From Macrostomum lignano (Eukaryota), in contig NIVC01001366.1 in NCBI GenBank assembly GCA_002269645.1, positions 1 through 64,000 on the forward strand: DNA of 64,000 bases, read 5' to 3'. How positions within the stretch are numbered: the first letter of the stretch is position 1; each line of letters begins with the position of its first letter. The translations under genes and the position numbers were made by a program. The notes beneath the pieces were generated by a model. The model was not told where the DNA came from. It made no database searches and worked only from the letters and a program-made list of their open reading frames with translations. Of this stretch, positions 1 through 10,290 are shown one piece after another.

Positions 1-270
1 CACTGGCAAACTGCCGACTCGATGCTTTCCTGGACGAAACAGCAACAGGCCCAGTCTACCCGTGTTGTGCTGCAGCCAAGAAACACATTGCTGGTGCCGG
101 CAGGGTGGATCCATGCAGTCTTCACACCCAGGACTCAGTGGCATTTGTGCAACTTCCTTAGCGTCATGGCACGAATACGCACATTGCCGTGACTCAATCA
201 GAGGAGAGCACCAAAGTCGCAGAGCAGTTTCGATTTCGGAATTTAAAATTTATCCTATGGCACTTTCTGA
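1..270 (+). pseudogene. JmjC histone-demethylase domain fragment (KDM2/KDM7-like), frameshifted; continues beyond the window start
   Basis: Frame 1 reads RVVLQPRNTLLVPAGWIHAVFTP. After frameshifts come DSVAF, CNFL and EESTKVAEQFRFRNLKFILW. This matches the TLxIPxGWIHAVxTPxDSxxFGGNFL...FRFP pattern of KDM2/7 JmjC domains. Confidence 0.7.
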
Positions 271-469
271 TTGGCTTCTTAATACTGGAAATTTAGAAAA
301 AATGAAACTTACTAGGTTAAGGAAACCTATCGAAATGGAGAAACAATGCGCCGGACGAGCTCGCTGAACGATTGCAAAACATATTGCAAGGACTTTCGGA
401 GTTGAAGGAAAAAAACTATGCCAACAAGGCGTGCGTTGAAGCGAAAGTGACCGATTTGATTGATTTCAA

Positions 470-880
470 ACAATTAACAGATAACCTATCGAAATTACAA
501 TTACTGTTTTATAGTTAATAGTTCTTTAATTGTTATAGTTGTTATAAGCTATAACCAGGGGCGGCGGAGCCTAACATTTTTGGGGGGGGGGGGCACTGGG
601 CACAGGGCAAAGGGGCACAGGTACCTTTGTAACTGCTAATTAGGGCCTAAAATCAGAAAAGCACAACAAATTGGACTCATTTTCTGGGGGGGGCACAAGC
701 TCCCGCCGCCCATGGCTATAACTATAGATATAAGCTACAACTATAAGCTATAATTGATAGATTATAGTTGCTATAATTTTTAATACTTGATATACTTGAT
801 ATAGTTGTTATAGTTGTTATAGTTGTTATAGTTGTTATTGTTTTACAGTCAATAGTTTTTATAGTTATACAATTATTGTT
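470..880. repeat. Low-complexity (GTTATA/CTATA)n tract
   Basis: Degenerate gttata/ctata units on both sides of the MITE at 556-714. Confidence 0.7.
556..714. mobile_element. hAT-type MITE, 159 bp, 8-bp TSD
   Basis: Termini CAGGGGCGGCGGAGC and (reverse complement) CATGGGCGGCGGGAGC. Direct repeat GCTATAAC at 548-555 and 715-722. Confidence 0.8.
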
Positions 881-1146
881 AGTTTGTTACAGGAACAAAA
901 AGGAACACTAAGTTTCGTTAACTTAATAAGGTGATCAATGTCATGATTCATCACCAGGATTTGGCCGGATAATAATTTTATCTGTAGCTAACCTATTCCG
1001 AATTAGGAACCCTCTCACCCAATTGATGTAGTCTGATGTAGACTGATCCTGCGTCTCCTACGTCTCCTGCGGCTGCTCCTGCTGCTGCTCCAGCTCGGCT
1101 GGTCGTAGCGCCTGCTGCTGCTGCTCGCGCTCGGCCGGTTGTAGCG

Positions 1147-1149
<3 letters not shown>

Positions 1150-1180
<31 letters not shown>

Positions 1181-2090
1181 TTGTTGTTGTTGTTGTTGTT
1201 GTAGATGTCTAGCTGCTTTCCGGTGGTTTCCTCTTCCACCACTCCCACATCTTCAGCGCTTCCTCCGCCTTCATGCAAACCTCACTCAGAACTCCGCTCC
1301 TCCATCCCCTCCAGCAGCTGTCCAGAACCGGGCAGGCCACCATGTGCTCGATGGTCTCCTCCTCCATGCCACACTGCCTGCAATTTCCATCCTGCTGCAG
1401 CCCGATTCTCTTTCTAAACGCTGCCAGCTCCAGCGAGTGTCCCGTACGCCATCTTGTAAAACTAACCTCCTCCTTCCTGCTCGTGAACTCCGGATCTTTC
1501 CTTGGTCCCTCCGAGCCGCCGTACGTCGCCCTCATCCTCTCGTGCCTCCACACCTTCCTTCTACACCGCCTCCTCGCCATCCTCGCCATCGTGCTCGCCA
1601 TGACTCCAATTCCTTCATTGCTCACTTCCCTGACCGCCCGAATAGCCCATTCGTCCGCCACTTCGTTCCCTACGATCCCGCAGTGGCTCGGTATCCACAG
1701 CATCACCATCTCTCGCCCTTCCATCTCGCTCAGCGCTTTTCTAATGCTGCAGACGATCGGGTTCTTGCTGGTCTTTTTAATAGCTTTTGCTGTCTGTCGC
1801 AATCACAGCTTTGTGCCAGTTGTTGTTAATCGCCAGCCACCTGATTGCCGCCTTCAACGCGTAAAGCTCCGCCTGCATCGAGGACGCGAGCTGTCCGCCG
1901 GCCACCATTTGCCTTTCGACCACCGCGCCGTTATCGTACTTCCCCCTCCTTTGCCTCCCTTATCAACCGAAACATCCGTGAAGATCAATTTGTCCGCTCC
2001 GTCGCAAGCCGCTCTTATCCTGCTCTCTCCCATCCTCCTGCATTCCTGCTTCGTGTCTGGCCTTCCTCCCTCGTCATCGAATACTACGTG
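1150..2090 (-). mobile_element. 5'-truncated, frameshifted non-LTR retrotransposon (RNase H-bearing LINE, I/R1-like) with (CAA)n tail
   Basis: RNase H motifs IFTDVS, QAELYAL, IATDSKS and LWIPSHCGIVGNEVAD, then RWRTGH...CRQC..EETIEHMVAC (C-terminal Cys-His motif). Stop at 1209 followed by a (CAA)n(CAG)n tail. Confidence 0.85.
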
Positions 2091-2867
2091 AGAGACTTGA
2101 CAAAATTGACTAAACCTGACCGGCTTTCCTATTCTAACTGAGGGAGGGATGTTGTGTCTGAGACTAAAGTTATCTGTGGCCTTAGCTCGTGAAACATTCT
2201 AAATGTTATAAGAGTAATAATTAAAGCTCACGGCACAAAACGGGCTTCTTCAAGTTTATGTTGATAAAATACTTCCGATTTTCCAATTTTTCTGAAACTT
2301 GCGGTAGACACTTATGGGGCAACCAAAATTACAAAAACGCAACAAAAAGCGTAGAGAATTACCTGTACGGTTGATAGGATGATAATTTACTTAATTCCTA
2401 TTCTCTTAATGATGATCGGTGACAAAAAGTTTCTAGGAATACATATTCAAAAGTGTATCCACTAGACTTTTAAACCAGTAGCACATGTGCTAGAAGTTCA
2501 TTAGGCCAATGAAAATTGAATGTTACTATCTACAAATTTATACGCAATTGTCTGTTAAGTTCCCCAATAATAGTTTTTCAATTTAGTTTTAATGCATGTA
2601 CAATTTGCCACGTCACTGTTCGTTTTTTAAAAACTGCCACGTCACGACCCGCTCGATTTTTTGCACTTGCGCACTTTCACTTGCACCTAGCCAAAGCTAC
2701 CTTCCAACATTCGCACTTCGCACCTTTGCACCTGTCAACTCCCAGCCAGTAACCGTACAAGACTATATTACTCATTCTAGTGTATTAAGGCAGTAGCAGC
2801 ACTTGATTTCGGTAAGCAAATTCATTCGAGATTTAGTTATAGACTTCAACCAAGGTCTGATATAATT

Positions 2868-4046
2868 ATGTTGACTCTTTGGTGGATTCTCTCGTTTCTC
2901 GTGTCGTCTGATTCAGATGACTTGTTTGAGGAAGACGTCCAAGGGTTCGAGGAGCAATGGAACCAACTTATGGACAATCAAGCTGCTCGTGGTGCTGACC
3001 GAGAGGCTGTACCAGGGGGAGCTTGTGCGGCCAATAATGCGGACTCCAAAGCTTCTACGAAATCCAAAGATGTTGTCAAACAAGCTTCTGGTAAGCGTCG
3101 TGGGCGACCGGCAGCATCTACTAAAATGTTCAATGTAAATATTGAGGAAGCTCGGTATGTTCTAGATTATAATCCGACACACACCGCATTCATTACTCAA
3201 TTTCACGAAAGTGAGACTGAGGTTTTGCAATTCTTGGTTAGAATCGGACTAATCGCCAATACCATGTTGTGTTCGTCATGCTCGGGTCCAATGGGATTAG
3301 TCAAAAGATCAAGTGTGGCGGACAAATCAACATGGTATTGCAAGAGTTGCCGAACCAATACCTCAATTCGCACAAAATCGTTTTTTGAGCGGTCTCATCT
3401 TAGTTTGTTTCAGTGCCTTCATATCATCTTTTGGTGGGCTGCTGATATTGGTGACTTTGATTTTATTGCAGCAGAGACTAAGGTGTCCCAACAAACGCTA
3501 GTGGACTGGTTCAATTTCTGCCGTGAAATTTGTACCAAATATCTTGAAGACCATCCCTTCAAGTTAGGCGGTCCAAATAAAATAGTGGAAATTGACGAGT
3601 CCCTGTACTTCAAGCGTAAGTACAACAAAGGCCGTCAGCGTGAGCAGAAGTGGGTGTTTGGCATGGTTGAACGTGGTTCTACTCATATCTTTCTAATACC
3701 GGTAAAAGATTGTTCTGCAGCGACTCTTTTACCCATAATAGAAGAGCGAGTGGAGCCTGGCACAATCATTATGTCAGATGAATGGCAAGCTTATAATAGG
3801 TTGTCAAATCATCGGACTGTGAACCACTCACTTAACTTCGTCTCTCCTGCTGATCGTGATGTGCATACGCAATCAGTGGAATCCATGTGGTGTCACTGTA
3901 AAAAGAAGTACAAGCGTATGCATCGGACATCTGAGGAACTGTTTCAATCTTATCTGAATGAGTTCCAATTTCGACGGCTGCACAAAAAGAGTGTTATGGG
4001 GTCTCTTCTGTATTGGATTCGACACTACTATTCCTTCAAGGATTAG
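2868..4046 (+). CDS. Merlin/ISXO2-like DDE transposase, intact ORF (true start may be a downstream Met)
   Basis: Zn-ribbon CSSC...WYCKSC; DWFNFCRE; GPNKIVEIDES (D1); KRKYNKGR; WVFGMVERG; IMSDEW (D2); HRTVNHS; VHTQSVESMW (E); YLNEFQFRR. Confidence 0.93.
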   Translation: MLTLWWILSFLVSSDSDDLFEEDVQGFEEQWNQLMDNQAARGADREAVPGGACAANNADSKASTKSKDVVKQASGKRRGRPAASTKMFNVNIEEARYVLDYNPTHTAFITQFHESETEVLQFLVRIGLIANTMLCSSCSGPMGLVKRSSVADKSTWYCKSCRTNTSIRTKSFFERSHLSLFQCLHIIFWWAADIGDFDFIAAETKVSQQTLVDWFNFCREICTKYLEDHPFKLGGPNKIVEIDESLYFKRKYNKGRQREQKWVFGMVERGSTHIFLIPVKDCSAATLLPIIEERVEPGTIIMSDEWQAYNRLSNHRTVNHSLNFVSPADRDVHTQSVESMWCHCKKKYKRMHRTSEELFQSYLNEFQFRRLHKKSVMGSLLYWIRHYYSFKD

Positions 4047-4544
4047 TAACTTCTAATCCAATCCTGTCGTACTCAGCCTAGGTTCAGTTAGCAATCAGTT
4101 AATAATACTCAATGTAATATAAATTCAAAATTTGCGAAAGTTAAAAGACAACAGCACAGAAATAGAGGTTGAGGAAAAAATGTTCTGATTGATATCTGTT
4201 CGAATTCAGTTTGAAGAAATTCAAAAAGAAAAAATTAGTCTTCATCTTCTGCTGGTGATGTCAAAAATTCTTGATTTCGAGTGCTCGAGTCACCAGTGTA
4301 CGGAGTTCTAGGTGTAGAGCCTGTGGGTACCTGCTGATTCCAGCTGTTCTGCTGAGACATGTCACTCGTGTACAGACAGGCCTAGGTGTAGAGCCTGTGG
4401 GCATCTGCTGATTCCAGCTGTTCGAATCTCGTGAAAATGTTACCTGTGAAGTGGGATTCGGTTTGAAAAGTATATAATTATAACTGTCTTTGATTAAATT
4501 GAAGTGAACACTCATAAGAAGTATACAATAATAACTGCCTTTGA

Positions 4545-5858
4545 TTAAACTAAAGTGAACACACATTTTCGAAATAAACTAACCTCTTTGCTTCCGAAAC
4601 GCAGTCTTATTCTTCGCATGTTGTTAAACTGGTGAAACATTCGTTCGGGGTAGTGTAATGTCATTTCTTCATCATGTGATGCTTGCTGCTCAGGTGGTGG
4701 AATCTGTGTCGCTCGCACAGCCTCGAAATGCTGCTGGCTAGCTGTGGCGCCGTTGTACCACTCGGTTAGGTCGGAGAACTCTTGCGAATTTTCTGGCCAG
4801 TGATGTACTTCTGCTTGCGAACAGCCGAGGCTTATCATCTGGGCGTACTCTTGGACTTGAGAGCCATGAATCGCGAGAATGTCGCCGATAGACCAATTAT
4901 TCACCTGCGCAGAAGAACTGGCCCAAAAAGTGCAGGACACAGAGGACCCGGACCGATCAACGATGGTAACTTTTGCTAAATCGACGAGCTTTCCGGCACC
5001 AGTTTTTACTTCCTTTGGCTTCTCAACTGCAGAAATGATGCCACGAACGTCAACTTTCCTGTCGTACGGTGAAAGTTTTTGAGTAGGGCAAATTTAGCTG
5101 AATGACTAGCAATCAGCGCCCCCGTTGGGCAGCCAAAAAATGCATTACAAGTTTTTTAATAAACTACATGTAGCGTCTCTTTGCAATACCTCAGCAGTCC
5201 CTTGTAAGCCTTGGCATGTTAGCAATTCCCCCCACAAGCCTTAGCATATCAATTTCCCCCCTTGACATCTCATCGATGCCCCCCTCCCCATTAAGCCTTG
5301 AAATCTTAAAAAATCGGTCAAGCTTTTAACCCTAACCTCAGCCTAACTCTAACCGTAACCCTAAAGTAAAGCAAAGCACGAGGAAATGTATAAAAGAAAA
5401 TAAAGGCACAAAGTGCAAGATATTTACGTTTTCATTTGGCATGCAGAAATTTCCGATATCCTCCTGTAGTCCCGGGGACGCCTGTTGACCGTCTCGTTTG
5501 AAGTCATGATGGTGCCGCTTTTGTCAACTGAGACGCTCATCTCATACTCGTTTTCCGTAGTGTTGTACCTTGGGTCAGCCTTTTTGATCCAGCCTCCAGA
5601 AATGCGCACTGTCTCGACCGTTTGGCACATTTCCAGCAATGACTTCAGGTCCTTGCCAAAAACGCTCACTCTGATGTCTGCAGTCTCGTCAGTCAAAGTG
5701 AAGGAGAACACTTGGCCTGATCCAGCTTTGTTGTTCTCGTAGGCGTGGATTTTTGTCAGTCTCGTTATCAGACCAACGACCGGTGAATCCATCAAGCCGG
5801 GCAGAAGAGCAGAGATGCCGAATTTGACCTTCTGGGCTGGCGTAGGGTTTGATTCCAT
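4545..5858 (-). CDS. RPA70-like ssDNA-binding protein (OB folds A and B only), 2 exons 5858-5428 and 5058-4545, about 314 aa; transposon cargo
   Basis: Exon 1 has GSGQVFSFTLTDETADIRVSVF...ADPRY...EYEM (DBD-A-like). A phase-2 intron (AC|GTAAAT...GACAG|G) joins in frame to KVDVRGIISAVE...IVDRSGSSVSCTFW...ILAIHGSQVQEY...DLTEWY (DBD-B-like). A possible extra donor GAG|GTTAGT near 4583 could lead to a third exon around 4440-4230. Confidence 0.82.
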
Positions 5859-6787
5859 TTCTCTTCGTTACTTAAAGAATCTAAGTTAAAAGTAGATAAA
5901 AGTGATGCTTGACTTGAAACAGTTGAGGCGAAAAGTTTACTGCATTTACAGTTTGTTTTTATTATATATTGCAGCCCTGCAGCCACCCCTTCGTCCCAAA
6001 ACAACTCTCAATATTTTCTCGCTGCCGTCTGATTGGTCAGCATCTCGACTTTCTGTTATAGCCTTTTTCTTACCGTCCACTCTATTCTATTTTTTAGTCA
6101 CCCCTGTTTGTAAATTTTAGCCACCTTTATAATTTTGGTGGCCTCTGATTGGTCCGCTGGTTTAGGCTGGGGTCGATTGGGGGCTGCAGTCAGCGCCAAC
6201 CCCTCCGCTGGGTCGAACTGGATCGCTGAGACTTTTTTCATGCAATTACTTTATTTGGGCTGTTTACGCGTGCCGCGGAAAGTTATTGATTTTTTGGACT
6301 ACAAGAACAAATACTAACAGATATAATATCAAATTATATAATAATAACTTTTGTTATTTTTTACAAAACAAAACTGAAACTTACACTTAAACTTAAAAGT
6401 GCATTTTGTAGCTAAATTTTCACGACAGAGGTAGAGAGACACCAGATAAAATCAATAATGAGGTGATTAAGTATGATGTCTCACCCTCATTGTCCACTGA
6501 AAACAAAATATAGGCTTATTAGGCTGGGCTGGGGAGTTAGGTGATTGGTTAGAAATAACTCAGGAATCAAAAGCCGACAGGGTGAGCCAATCATTGCTAG
6601 AGATAACAAGAGATTTGGGGGTGAAAAAACAGCAAATTTGGGGTGGTGGAGCAGGCAGCCATTATCTGGTTTTGGCCACTGTACACTATAGTATATATAA
6701 CCAACTCTGTTCTTAACAATTTCACTATACGCCCGAACAAAATAAAAAATAAGTTTAAAAGCCCACGCCAGTCTTTTTTCCAGTACT
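5859..6787. promoter_or_regulatory. Divergent promoter region between the two cargo genes
   Basis: ATTGG at 6032 and 6148, CCAAT at 6587, and TATATATAA at 6692-6700, about 90 bp upstream of ATG 6788. Confidence 0.5.
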
Positions 6788-7380
6788 ATGAATCCGTACC
6801 TAAGTAATCCCTACCTAAGTTATCCCAATCCCTATCCGTATCCCTATCCCTATCCCTATCCCTATCCATTTCCTGGTGTATTTTATCCCCCCCATCTACT
6901 GGGATGCCCTATCCCAACCCATACCCACCCCCTATTCTCCCACCGGCACCCTGGCCGATGCAGCAACAGCAGCAACAGCAAGAGGAGCAGCAACAACAAC
7001 AGCAACAACAACAACTGCAACAACAACAACAGCAACAACAACAACCGCAACAGCAACAGCAACAGCATCAACTGCAGCTACACTCGCGCTCAGCGCGAAC
7101 TCGATTTGTGAGAGACGAAATGCGCGCACGTAAGTTAATTGTATTACGAGTTTGTTTAGAGGGGTAGTTTTGACTAAATCAGTTTTCGTTTGACCACTCA
7201 TTTCGTGTGAAGTGAATATACGTCAAAACTAATATTGACAAATCTAATCGCTTTCTTTTCACAGTTGGACTCTGCAGATTCTGCCTGCGGCGCGGCCACA
7301 TTGCGGCAGAGTGCAGAGACCTACCTCGCCGCCGCAGCCGCAGCCGCAGCCGCAGCCGCAGCACTGTCGTTGAAGAATGA
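6788..7380 (+). CDS. Tyr/Pro-rich + polyQ + CCHC zinc-knuckle + RS-repeat protein, 2 exons (6788-7129, 7265-7380); about 152 aa with one G restored at 6901-6903, or 113 aa from ATG 6904; transposon cargo
   Basis: Donor C|GTAAGT at 7130, branch-like CTAAT near 7244, acceptor TTTCTTTTCACAG at 7264. The spliced product ends EMRALGLCRFCLRRGHIAAECRDLPRRRSRSRSRSRSTVVEE*, containing a CX2CX4HX4C knuckle. Confidence 0.75.
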
Positions 7381-7659
7381 ATCATTTTTTTAATTTCTGT
7401 GCTGTTAACTATTTGACTATTTGTATTTTGACTATTTATAACTATTTTTGCTGTTAACTAGGTTAAGTATTTGATTAAGTAAAAAATGGATTAAAAAATA
7501 AATAAAAATTTGATTAAGTGATTAAGTAAGTTAAACTACGACTAAAATGCTGAGTTAGGAGCACCTTAGGAGCACTTTACCAATTTAAGTAAAGTAAAGC
7601 TCTTTGTCTTATGATAAATCCGTTTTAATAATGAGTCTTTTGGTTTTTTTGGTTCTTCA

Positions 7660-7785
7660 AACAAAAGGAGCCACAATGTCATACATTAAAGAGGCACCAT
7701 GTAAAACATAAAAGAGCCGCCATGTCAAACACTAAAGAGCCACCATGTCGTACATAAAACAGCCACCGCGTCAAACATAAACATG
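7660..7785. repeat. Degenerate ~25-bp tandem repeat, about 5 copies
   Basis: Units of the form aaagagccaccatgtc..acat. Confidence 0.6.
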
Positions 7786-9197
7786 TCAAAACAGATAATT
7801 AAATGTAATAAATCACCAAAATAATTAAATGTATATAAATTGTGCAATGGGCTATCTTGTTGGTAAGCCTTTTGCAAGAAAATCATACAAGGCATGTGTG
7901 CAAAGAAATATTGTGCTAAATATTCGGAGTTGTCTTGTTGGTGAATGTAATTTAACGAAATTCACTCTTCATTTCGGCCTTCGTTCACAAGAATTCTATT
8001 TATTTATTGGCCAAAACTATACATTTACTATAATAATATATAAAAAACTGCCGAAATTTACTTTTTGTTTCTCATGCATTTTTTGTGTTAATAGTTTATT
8101 CTGATTCGGACACTACTAATAAGTAATAACTTTGGAAGTCACTTTTATTGGTATTCGCAGGAATGGACTGCGATAGCTTAATTATCGCATAAAGACTTTA
8201 AATTTTGGTGTATGTATTTTTTATGGAAAATATAATCTATAAGTAGAATAATCAATGAAATAAGGGCAGAGAAAATGGACGAATTCAACATTTTGGTGGT
8301 ACTGTTTAACAATGTATTAGTAAAGCAGCATAGTTGATATGAGTATGTATTCAATAAAGTCAAATTGAGCTGTTGAATGGATAATATTCCCATAAAAATA
8401 CACCAATTAATATTCTTTTGCTGCTGCACATTTTTGAAATTATAAAACCAATAAAAGATAACAGTCAACAGTGAGAAATAATCGAGGCCCTTTTAAGTCC
8501 TTCATTACTGATATAAGTTTTCGTACGATTTGCAGTCACCACTGAATTTAGCTACTAGGCTTATCCATTATTAACTTGACTTAAAATGGAGATTTGATAT
8601 GTAAAGTGAAAGACACTTTGAAGATTTTTATGTATATGTATTAAATCAAGATTCAAGAAGCAACATCTATTTGTTCTTGCCATTGTAACTTTTCATAAAA
8701 TCTGTTTTAAGGACCACTGCAGTACAAATATTGTTCGTTTTAGTACGCGTCATGCAGTTTATTCTGTATGTATGGTCATAGTAGGGCATTATTATAAAAA
8801 CAACAATTTTCGGCTCAAATTAATTTCAGTGCGAGTTGTCATCAACCAATGTGTATGTAAAAAAATGACTAATCTCTAGGTTACTGTTTAAAAATGCCTT
8901 AACTTATCATTTTTATTTCTTCACAGATAAACCTTACTTTCTGTGTGGCAAGTCTATTTATCTTTGTTTAAATACTAATACTGCATTCTTACGGATGTTA
9001 CATTGCTTTGTACAAATGTGCATGAAATGCGTAATTTTTATGCTATATAATTCTAATAAAAATCACAAAGAGATAATAGCAACCAAGAATCGCAGAGATA
9101 ATAGCAATACTTTTGTGAGTACAAACATATTTAATATGTAACAATAGAAAAATTTAGGAAAACCGTTTCAATTTGTCCCTTGCTTATTCGGCTTATT

Positions 9198-9312
9198 CTT
9201 GCTATCTGGGGGATGCTTGCTATCTGGGGGATGCTTGCTATCTGGGGGATGCTTGCTATTCGGGGGATGCTTGCAATCTGGGGGATGCTTGCTATGTGGG
9301 GGATGCTTGCTG
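9198..9312. repeat. 18-bp minisatellite CTTGCTATCTGGGGGATG, about 6 copies
   Basis: Direct reading of the sequence. Confidence 0.9.
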
Positions 9313-9687
9313 TCTTGCGATGATTTCTTTTTGCATTGCACTTCATTTGAGTATTTTGTCTGTTTTCTTTGTGAAGGCTTTATTTCGCTATCTTTTTGTT
9401 ACTTGTAGAGAACAGAGATTCTATACAGATGTCCCCCAACGGGGGGCGAAGATTGCTAGTTTGCCTCTGAAATTGAGTGTTGCTGTTGCCAAAATATGTT
9501 ACTATAAATTGTATCTTAGAGTATAAGTTATCTATATACTAAGCTATTTATTGAACCCCGGTGTCCGTTTGTCTAATTTGTCAATTGAGGATCAACATAT
9601 AAGATGCATTTAATAAAGGTGAGTGTTTCATTTAAGTCTTTTTCTTATATGCTATTTGTTGTAATACGGCGGAATTCATCAACACAT

Positions 9688-10290
9688 TTTTGAGTAGGTC
9701 TCCATGCCCTCTATTCAAGTTTATGTTGATAAAATCAATCCCCATGAAGAATCTCCCCACTCTAAAACCCCCCATTCCCCATGCCCCGGTGGTCGGTTTT
9801 GAGCTACGACCCCCCCCCCCTATTAGGATGGGAATAAATCAACACAATCTTGAATAGGTCTCCATGCCTCTATTCAAGTTTATGTTGATAAAATCAATCC
9901 CCATGAAGAATCTCCCCACTCTAAAACCCCCCATTCCCCATGCCCCGGTGGTCGGTTTTGAGCTACGACCCCCCCCCCCCCTATTAGGATGGGAATAAAT
10001 CAACACAATCTTGAATAGGTCTCCATGCCTCTATTCAAGTTTATGTTGATAAAATCAATCCCCATGAAGAATCTCCCCACTCTAAAACCCCCCATTCCCC
10101 ATGCCCCGGTGGTCGGTTTTAAGCTACGACCCCCCCCCCCCCCTATTAGGATGGGAATAAATCAACACAATCTTGAATAGGTCTCCATGCCTCTATTCAA
10201 GTTTATGTTGATAAAATCAATCCCCATGAAGAATCTCCCCACCCTAAAACCCCCCATTCCCCATGCCCCGGTGGTTGGTTTTAAGCTACA
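9688..10290. repeat. ~160-bp subterminal tandem array (about 3.7 copies) inside the Merlin element; each unit carries the TIR core
   Basis: Units start near 9690, 9851, 10012 and 10175, and each contains TTCAAGTTTATGTTGATAAAAT. Confidence 0.9.

Noticed and set aside
5325-5365. Telomere-like TAACCC repeats
   Set aside because: Only about 6 degenerate units inside an intron; not an interstitial telomere array.
4545-5858. Helitron origin for the RPA-like gene
   Set aside because: No Rep/helicase ORF or Helitron ends are visible, and the gene lies inside TIR/TSD boundaries that fit Merlin.
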